Virus record (IMG/VR): IMGVR_UViG_3300017742_004322
Span: 10,939-74,938 of that record
Source: a virus
Reading direction: 5' to 3' (one strand)
Length of the DNA stretch: 64,000 nt
Positions 56,779 through 64,000 of this stretch are shown in pieces; positions within the stretch are counted from its first letter, which is position 1, and each line of letters opens with the position of its first letter. The notes beneath the pieces were generated by a model, which was given only the letters and a program-made list of their open reading frames with translations, did no database searches and was not told where the DNA came from. The translations under genes were made by a program, and so were the position numbers.

Positions 56779-59700
56779 TTATTCGGTTACAAAAACTACT
56801 TTACCTGTTTTTTCATCTATTTTTTTATTAGGTTGACCTAAAGCAAGAGTAGCATTTTCATTTAGGGTAGGGACCTTTATAGTACTATAATTAAACCTAA
56901 CCTCTGTTATAGAGTTTTGTCTAAGTGTTTTTCCAGGTTTACCCCAAAATTCCCAGTGCCAGGATTCATCTTGACCAACACCATCTCTTAATCTAAGAGG
57001 GTTATACCAACCAAATTTAGGGGCATGTTCCTCCCAAATAGCATAATCTTCTGAGGTTATTCTTGTAGTTTGGTTTGCTGTAGGATTACTAGTATTATTA
57101 TTTCCGTTCTTTGTAGCTAATTGCCTTATGTCTATAGCACCACCCCAACCATGAGCACTACCTCCTGCCTTAGCAGTAATAGTTTCTGAAGAAGGGTCTG
57201 TTGGTTGCATACCTTCTTGGTGAGCATAACTTCTATAAGCAGAAGTAATAGTATATGTTTTTTCAGGATAGTTTGCTTCTAAAAATTTGCCAAATTTTAA
57301 AAGTGCTTTAGCTGCAGATTCTGCTAAATAATAATTACCTTCATAATAAGTTTTATTAGTTTCTTGAATTTTAAAATCAAAGGCGGAAGTTTTAGAAGTA
57401 GGTAGAATATTAAAAGATGTTCCACTTTTAGCAAACTCTTGAAGGGCAAATGTAGGTTGTTTCTGTATGCTACCATTTGGTAACCCAGTTACATTAGCTA
57501 TGGATACTAATGGAGATCGTTGGAAACTTCTACCTGTAGCATCATTTCCTTGGGTGCGAAGGAAATCGGGTTGGTTTAAATTACCATTTGTTGAAAAAAT
57601 TTTTTGTTTGTCTTGGGCATAAGTTAAAGTTCTTCTAAGTAAAGTAGCTAAAGCACTATATCTGTAAGAATAACTTCCTATTAAGCTATCAAACCCAGTT
57701 GTTACTGGGGGTAATGAGTTTAATATAGTCTCTAAGTCTAATTCTAATTTATCAAATAATTTAGGAACAGACATTGTACCTATTTTAGTATGCCATTTAT
57801 TATTTACTATACTATGATCTAATTTAGTTATAATAAAATCTAAAGTATCTCCATAATTGGCAGGTAAAAATCTACTATCTATTTTTAATCTATCAAATAT
57901 TCTAATACCAGAAAGTCCATCTAAAGTTAAATTAAATCCAACAGGGACAAAGCCTATAAAAGGCGTTGGGACTTTTTTTCCTATTGCCTCTAAAGCATAA
58001 TATTTTTGAAAGAAAGATTTTTGAGTTTCTATAAATCCTGAAAGAGAGGTAGAAGTACTATTTAATGGAGTAATATTACAATTAGGAAAACCATATCCAA
58101 TAGCATTTTCAACAAAATCTACAAATGAAAATCCTACTAAAACATTATTATCTTCCTCAGTATTAACAGCAAAATCTGAAGAGTTTTTAAATGAGTTAAA
58201 ATAATCTCTATAGGCAGAAATTAATCTTAAATATCCAGTAGTAACTTCATCTGATTTTTTTACTTTTTGATCAACATCTAATTTTTGAGGTAATATTCTA
58301 TCTACTAATCCAATATTCCATTTACTAAATAATGTAGCATCTTCACCTACAGCTTGACCATTAGCTTGAGCTCCTACAGATATCATATTACCTAATTTAT
58401 TGGTAATTTCTGTTTTAAATTGGTAATCTGTAACAAAACTACCATCTTTATTACCATTAGTTTCTTCACCAAAACCATATACTACTAAAGAAGGCTCTTC
58501 TTCCTGGGCTTGTCTCAGGTTTTCTACTTCAAAAGGAGAAACTTCATCATAAAATTCAACTACTTGTATAAGTTTGGGATCTTCATAAGTCCCAAAATTT
58601 TTATCTACTAATCTAAAATTAAATTTATTTACTCCACCTAATAAAATATTAGCTTCATTAAGTAAGGATTTTATAAATTTATATAAGTTTAAGGATCCAG
58701 TTTCACTATCAAGACTTGAATTAATTACACTTTCTATAAATTCTTGAGAAAAGTAAAGATTCATGATGTTACATACATCTACTTTTTCTACTATATCATG
58801 AAATTGTTCAATAGTATTAGGATCATCATTAAAAATTTCTATTTCAGTACCTAAATAATCTCCTTGATACCTAACTATTAATTTACTAGGGTCACTAGAG
58901 ATGCTTTTATTATTACTAAACCCATATTGGTTAGTAGATGTATCTAATTTAAAAAGAACGGGTTCACCTTCTTCATCAGTACCATACAGGAGAAATTGTT
59001 GATTCAAAAGACTAAGTAAACTACCAAATCTAAGATATTTTACAAAGTGGGTAGACCCAAAAAGAGCAGCACAAGCATCTATTGTTGTTGATGCTTTTTC
59101 AATCTGGGGGTCAGTAATACTATCCTCTCCAGCATCTTTAAAATATTTAAGTACTATTTGTTCACTTTTTGTTGATTTAAAACTATAAGTAGTTTCTGTT
59201 TCAGCAAAAAAATAAGAAAATAACATATTAGCAGGTAATGCACCAGCGATGTTGTTGAAAATGAATGGAGAAAATGATGTAGGATTTGTGTCAAGATTCT
59301 CTCTAAGAGGATCAACAAGTTGATTTATTAGATTTAATAAAACATTTTCTTTTTGATCTTTTTTTTGAGATGAGTTTTGGTTTCTAGTAAAAAGTCCAGA
59401 GTCTTGAACTATATTTACTTTTAAACTTTCAACTACACTACCTATAGTGATTAACTTTAAAGAAATTAAATAATATCCCTCTTTAGTAAATTCCCAAGAG
59501 AAATTTGTAACTTTACCTAAAAAACCATCATAGTTACCTTGAGATGATTTTCTGTTTTTTTCTATTTCAGTATAGAAAAATTGAGTTCCTTGAGAATTTT
59601 GAGGTGGATTGTTTAAGAATTTACTAGATAAACTAAAATTTGATTTTTCATATACTGTTGAAGAAGTTTCTGTATCTATTGTAGGATATGATGAATTACC

Positions 59701-60261
59701 CCATTCTAATAACATTGTATATCCTAATCTTAGATATAAAGATTCAATATATTCAAATTGTTTAGTACTATTTGCTCTAATTTGAAGATTAGCAAAACGT
59801 AAACTACCTTTATTAGTAGTCTCACTAGTAAATGATGTAATACCCGGCATAGCTTGGGCTCCAAACTTACCGAAACCATAATTTGAGGTATTATCAGGTA
59901 ATAAAGAATTAGTTTCAGAGACTCCAAATTTCTGAGAACCATCTTCATTTAAAACTCCACCCTGGAGTACCATTTGGGATGATAATTCATTACCACTATA
60001 TTCTGGGATTTCTAGAAGTTTAGATCTAAATTCAGCCCCATCATTAGATACAGTCTCCCATTCGCTACTACCTGTATTATATACTGCTATATTTTGATCA
60101 GATATATCAACTCCAGATGTAAGTTTTACCCAAGAAGTTCTTCCGTTCATCCAAGCTATATCCGAAGAAGTTCTAGATTTTTTTCCTAAAATTTCTTGAC
60201 GTAATTTTATTTGATCTTGAACATACTCTAAATGAGGTTTTCCAATGATATTAGAATCCAT
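56779..60261 (-). CDS. Baseplate-hub-like protein with C-terminal M15 (VanY-like) peptidase
   Basis: PGITS, LEWG, YDG..G.V.NFSW; SAYRS..Q, SAHGWGGAID, ESWHWEF. Confidence 0.75.
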   Translation of the reverse strand: MDSNIIGKPHLEYVQDQIKLRQEILGKKSRTSSDIAWMNGRTSWVKLTSGVDISDQNIAVYNTGSSEWETVSNDGAEFRSKLLEIPEYSGNELSSQMVLQGGVLNEDGSQKFGVSETNSLLPDNTSNYGFGKFGAQAMPGITSFTSETTNKGSLRFANLQIRANSTKQFEYIESLYLRLGYTMLLEWGNSSYPTIDTETSSTVYEKSNFSLSSKFLNNPPQNSQGTQFFYTEIEKNRKSSQGNYDGFLGKVTNFSWEFTKEGYYLISLKLITIGSVVESLKVNIVQDSGLFTRNQNSSQKKDQKENVLLNLINQLVDPLRENLDTNPTSFSPFIFNNIAGALPANMLFSYFFAETETTYSFKSTKSEQIVLKYFKDAGEDSITDPQIEKASTTIDACAALFGSTHFVKYLRFGSLLSLLNQQFLLYGTDEEGEPVLFKLDTSTNQYGFSNNKSISSDPSKLIVRYQGDYLGTEIEIFNDDPNTIEQFHDIVEKVDVCNIMNLYFSQEFIESVINSSLDSETGSLNLYKFIKSLLNEANILLGGVNKFNFRLVDKNFGTYEDPKLIQVVEFYDEVSPFEVENLRQAQEEEPSLVVYGFGEETNGNKDGSFVTDYQFKTEITNKLGNMISVGAQANGQAVGEDATLFSKWNIGLVDRILPQKLDVDQKVKKSDEVTTGYLRLISAYRDYFNSFKNSSDFAVNTEEDNNVLVGFSFVDFVENAIGYGFPNCNITPLNSTSTSLSGFIETQKSFFQKYYALEAIGKKVPTPFIGFVPVGFNLTLDGLSGIRIFDRLKIDSRFLPANYGDTLDFIITKLDHSIVNNKWHTKIGTMSVPKLFDKLELDLETILNSLPPVTTGFDSLIGSYSYRYSALATLLRRTLTYAQDKQKIFSTNGNLNQPDFLRTQGNDATGRSFQRSPLVSIANVTGLPNGSIQKQPTFALQEFAKSGTSFNILPTSKTSAFDFKIQETNKTYYEGNYYLAESAAKALLKFGKFLEANYPEKTYTITSAYRSYAHQEGMQPTDPSSETITAKAGGSAHGWGGAIDIRQLATKNGNNNTSNPTANQTTRITSEDYAIWEEHAPKFGWYNPLRLRDGVGQDESWHWEFWGKPGKTLRQNSITEVRFNYSTIKVPTLNENATLALGQPNKKIDEKTGKVVFVTE

Positions 60262-60266
60262 AAAAC

Positions 60267-60566
60267 TTATTGATTTAAATTATTGTACGCTAATAATATT
60301 GAATCTAAATTACCAGGAATTCTTATTTGAACTCCTACTGGGGGTGAAATTGAATTTTGTGGGTATTCAGCATTTGCTGAGGATATAACCCACCATAATG
60401 AAGAATCGTTAAAATAATTAGATGCTAACACGTCGTATCTATCACCCTCAGTAGTAATAACATATATATCGTTATCAGTACGAGGAATCTCAGGGTACTT
60501 GGTTGTTGTATACATCCTAGTACCTTCTAAATCACGAGTTATTTTTATATTTCTATAACGATTCAT
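60267..60566 (-). CDS. LysM / tail-X-like baseplate protein
   Basis: GDRYD.LA..YF.D..LWWVI..AN...G..IRIP. Confidence 0.8.
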   Translation of the reverse strand: MNRYRNIKITRDLEGTRMYTTTKYPEIPRTDNDIYVITTEGDRYDVLASNYFNDSSLWWVISSANAEYPQNSISPPVGVQIRIPGNLDSILLAYNNLNQ

Positions 60567-62417
60567 TTATTCTGGAAGTTGGTTTTGTCTTATTATAGGA
60601 GGAGTTGTATTTGTTAAATTTTTTCTAGGAACAACAGTTGCTTCTTCTGCTTCTACTATATAATGGTCATCTGCTCTAAATAAATTAGATGGGGTTGTAT
60701 CATATAAACTATTGTTTGATAAATTATCCTCTAATGATATGAATCTTTGTTTAATATTCCCAGCTCCATTTATATCTTTTACTTTTTCTGGGAGGAATTT
60801 GAATATAGGCTTAAACTCCATAGAAACATCTATTCTATGAGGTAATTCTTTAACTTCTGGGTTTCTAAAAGTAATACCACCTTCAGATTCAATATCTTTG
60901 CTGTTTGAAGGAATTCCAATTTCCCAAGGAGTATCATTAGGAATTGTGTATGTTAATGCAGTAATTATACCTGGGGTTTCATAGAAATAACCACCTAAAG
61001 TAAGTTGGTGAATACTACCTCTCATATAACCTTCTGTAGAATAATCAGGAGCTAATGTAGATTTTAAAAAGTTTAGTTTTTGATACATTATAGATAATTC
61101 CTGTATGGATTGGGCTACTACTGTAAAACCCATTGAAATATTATTTTCGTATCCTTGATAATTATAAAAATTTTCTCCTCTACCTATATATTTAAAATTA
61201 TTCCATTGAGCATTCATGCTATCAGTAAAATTATTGATATAAGCTCTAAAATGAGAAAATACTTTTTGTGAAGGATCATCATTATCAATAGTAGCTATTC
61301 TAAATTTACATATATCATTTTTACGTTTATCTGTAGTAACTGCACTACTTTTGTATAAATAAAGAGAATTGATTTGATCCATTCCTCTTTCATTATCAGG
61401 TCTTCCTTGAGAATAATCTTTTCTATCAGCAAAACGAGCTCCAGGATTACCTTGGTTTAATCGTTGTTCTATATTTTTAGTACGATAATTAGGGGAATCA
61501 GAGATAAAAGAGGTTGTAGTATTATTTGATAATTCTTTTCTAAAGTCTTGAACTAATGTTGAACCCCCACTACCAACATAGGTTACTTCAGTAGCTAAAT
61601 TTCTATTATTATCTGAAACTGATTGGATTTGGTTGGGGTTAAAAGAAGAATAGTGTATAGCACCTATAGTACCTATACCACTAAATAAAGTTCTTTTAGA
61701 AGCGGTTTTAATAACAGTATCACCTATACCTAAAACTGAACCTGGACCTCCACTGTAGGTAAAAAGTTCAGTATCATTAGAACCGTTTTTAGATGTTATT
61801 TTACCTTGATATAAATTAACTAAACGGTTATTACTAAATTGAACCCTACCTAATTCATTAACTCTAACAGCACCTAAACCCTTATTAACAGCACCTAAAG
61901 GTGCTATCATAGTTTCATATTTAGGACCTCCTGTAAGTGGGTTTATACCTTGTTTAAATAAATGGATTCCACCAGCATTAACTAAAGCTTGACCTAAAGT
62001 AGATAATGGGGTATAAATACCTTGATTTAAAGGACCTCCTAAGGGTTTTAATAAAGAAGAAAAAGTATTACCTGCTGTAAAAGTTGTATACCCTCCATCC
62101 ATATCTGTACCAATACGAGATAATAAATTTTGTTTAAGGGTAAAAAAGGTTCCAACGGGAGTTTGCGTATATAATTGAAATAAACGCGAGGCATCCTGTA
62201 CTGAACGGACTGGGGCGAGTAAACCACCTCTCACGAGAAAATCCGGTCCTCCAGTTTTTCTTAATTGTTCAGTTTTTACTTTAGTATGGTCTTTTACCAC
62301 AAAAGGTTGTCCTAAGGTACCATTATTGGCACCCTTACCTGGTCTATCATAACCATAAGGAAGGTTTTTGAATCTAGTTTGAAATGCTAGTTCATTTTGT
62401 GGTGTTACTAAAGGCAT
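60567..62417 (-). CDS. Baseplate / tail-tube-initiator-like structural protein
   Basis: FRAYI, W....Y.GR.E..Y.Y.G, LTLG, PWEI. Confidence 0.65.
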   Translation of the reverse strand: MPLVTPQNELAFQTRFKNLPYGYDRPGKGANNGTLGQPFVVKDHTKVKTEQLRKTGGPDFLVRGGLLAPVRSVQDASRLFQLYTQTPVGTFFTLKQNLLSRIGTDMDGGYTTFTAGNTFSSLLKPLGGPLNQGIYTPLSTLGQALVNAGGIHLFKQGINPLTGGPKYETMIAPLGAVNKGLGAVRVNELGRVQFSNNRLVNLYQGKITSKNGSNDTELFTYSGGPGSVLGIGDTVIKTASKRTLFSGIGTIGAIHYSSFNPNQIQSVSDNNRNLATEVTYVGSGGSTLVQDFRKELSNNTTTSFISDSPNYRTKNIEQRLNQGNPGARFADRKDYSQGRPDNERGMDQINSLYLYKSSAVTTDKRKNDICKFRIATIDNDDPSQKVFSHFRAYINNFTDSMNAQWNNFKYIGRGENFYNYQGYENNISMGFTVVAQSIQELSIMYQKLNFLKSTLAPDYSTEGYMRGSIHQLTLGGYFYETPGIITALTYTIPNDTPWEIGIPSNSKDIESEGGITFRNPEVKELPHRIDVSMEFKPIFKFLPEKVKDINGAGNIKQRFISLEDNLSNNSLYDTTPSNLFRADDHYIVEAEEATVVPRKNLTNTTPPIIRQNQLPE

Positions 62418-62420
62418 ATC

Positions 62421-62636
62421 TTACTTAGGTAAGTTATCCAAGTATTTAGGTGGTGTTAACCCATCTAAATCTAATGTAGAAGGTGGGACTTGACCTGGAT
62501 GATCTGGCACCCCATTAATAGAATATGTATCCTGAAGGGTTGATTGGGGACTAGCACCTTTCATATCAGGTGGAGTTGACCCATCGAATCGAGTAAGGTT
62601 TGAACCGTTTTGTGTTAATTTATCTAATATTCCCAT
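62421..62636 (-). CDS. Small structural-region protein
   Basis: LDLDG.TP..YLDNLP. Confidence 0.6.
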   Translation of the reverse strand: MGILDKLTQNGSNLTRFDGSTPPDMKGASPQSTLQDTYSINGVPDHPGQVPPSTLDLDGLTPPKYLDNLPK

Positions 62637-62675
62637 AATTATTATTTTATTATAAATATTGTAATTTTAATTTAT

Positions 62676-64000
62676 TTAAGAACCCATAGCATATGTTACA
62701 TTTGAAGTATTCATTGCATCATTTAGTTTTGAATCATTCATATATAAGTTAGTATCTTTTGCTAATAATTTTTCTAGTAATTCATCTGTTCTTGACCCAC
62801 CACCTGATGAATTTCCTGATTTGGATTGACCGGGTCTAGATCCTTCGGATGAAGCTGAGGCTCCACTATTACCACTTCCAAAAGATGTAAATTGATCTGC
62901 TAGTGAGGTTGCTGAAGCTACAGTAGCTGAGAAATCAAAATCACCTTTGAATAAAGCTAATAAATCTGTTACTACACCTACTAAAAGACCTACAAGACTT
63001 AAAGCTAAACCTAAAACTTCTATTACAGGCATAAATGCTGTACCTAAGTTAGTCATTACTGCTTGAAGTTTTTCAACAGTTTGAGCCATTTTATCGGATG
63101 CTGATTGTTGTTCTAACATTCTAGCTAAGTCGTCTTCTCCAGCTGCTCTTAATTCTTTAGCACTTCTACCCATCACCTGTTGTTTAAATAACATATCAGA
63201 TAATTTATCAGAAGATAAACCAAAGGCAGCAGCTGTTGCTTCCTGTTGGATAACATTCATTTTACTAAATTCAGTAAATGTACCTAATTGATCAGCAATT
63301 TCTCTTTCTAAACCTACTATATCTCCAGTTAAAGCAGCTTGTCTTGCTTTTTCTAAATTTAATTCTTTACCTGTTAAAAGTTCAGCTTCTAATTCTTTAG
63401 CGATTGAATCTTCAAAATTTAAAATAGATTTTGAAATAGTTTGAACATCTGAAAGTTCACCTCCTAATTCACCTGCTAGAGTAACAGCTTTAGCAATCTC
63501 AACTGTATTTGCTCCTAAATTAGCTCTTAATTGACCCGAAGTACTAGCTACTTTTTCTATAATACCTTTTAAATCTTGCTGTATGCCTGATTGTCTTTGG
63601 AGCTCATAACTTGCTCCTAAAGTTGCCTTGTAATCCCTTTCAGCATTTGTACCTCTAGCTTCAGAGAGGGTTACTAAACCACCTGCTGCTTCTTTACTTA
63701 ATTTAACTTGTTCTGTTAACTTAGTCATAGTGACTAAACTATCAGTAGTAAAATTATTTATAAAACCTAATTGTTGATTTAAAGCAGTAAAGTTTTCTAC
63801 TAGTTTAGTACCTGTAACTGCCATGTTACCACTATCATTAGCAGCGGCTTCTAAGTTAGATCTAAAGGCAGCAGATTCTGACTTAGTCATAGACATAGAT
63901 TTGCCTAATTTAGTAGTCTCTTCATCTGCTCTTATAATCCCATTAATTAATTCACTAATTAAAAAGACGGGACCCAGGGATTTCATTAAATTTTTCCCTA
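62676..64000 (-). CDS. Tail tape measure protein (5'-truncated by window)
   Basis: Ala/Leu helical repeats, hydrophobic segment, LLNFEDSI..ELEA.LLTG; frame open to window end. Confidence 0.8.
   Translation of the reverse strand, partial: GKNLMKSLGPVFLISELINGIIRADEETTKLGKSMSMTKSESAAFRSNLEAAANDSGNMAVTGTKLVENFTALNQQLGFINNFTTDSLVTMTKLTEQVKLSKEAAGGLVTLSEARGTNAERDYKATLGASYELQRQSGIQQDLKGIIEKVASTSGQLRANLGANTVEIAKAVTLAGELGGELSDVQTISKSILNFEDSIAKELEAELLTGKELNLEKARQAALTGDIVGLEREIADQLGTFTEFSKMNVIQQEATAAAFGLSSDKLSDMLFKQQVMGRSAKELRAAGEDDLARMLEQQSASDKMAQTVEKLQAVMTNLGTAFMPVIEVLGLALSLVGLLVGVVTDLLALFKGDFDFSATVASATSLADQFTSFGSGNSGASASSEGSRPGQSKSGNSSGGGSRTDELLEKLLAKDTNLYMNDSKLNDAMNTSNVTYAMGS

Overview
AT-rich, gene-dense segment of a large T4-like (myovirus-type) dsDNA bacteriophage. 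Essentially all real genes are on the minus strand, many are coupled by ATGA overlaps, and the genetic code is standard. A recurring YTTGG-N19-TATATTY promoter (Bacteroidota -33/-7 type), a DUF2452-like gene and a flavobacterial-type RNR suggest a Bacteroidota/Flavobacteriia host (inference). In transcription order (64000 to 1): tape measure and baseplate genes; a divergent family-A polymerase; SSB, RecA/UvsX, 5'-3' exonuclease, helicase, nrdB/nrdA; a PAS histidine kinase + stand-alone receiver + membrane protein module directly upstream of a lysis cassette; a tandem array of promoter/hairpin/small-ORF cassettes; thyA; a 7-deazaguanine cluster (dpdA-like, queC, queD, queE, folE) interleaved with DegT aminotransferase, GNAT, nuclease, HPRT-like and MazG-like genes; a family-B polymerase split in two around three small genes; sliding clamp, Hsp20, groES/groEL, clamp loader; and an ~18 kb glycan-modification region followed by rmlC and 2OG-Fe(II) oxygenases. 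Best novel-system candidate: the two-component module plus lysis cassette, which includes an unannotated 24-aa, 9-Cys metallothionein-like peptide next to the Zn endolysin. Other highlights: a G-U-supported long-range 5'/3'-UTR duplex enclosing the Hsp20 ORF, a pseudoknot-like element in front of queC, and the intein-less split PolB. All calls come from motif recognition by eye; no database searches were run.
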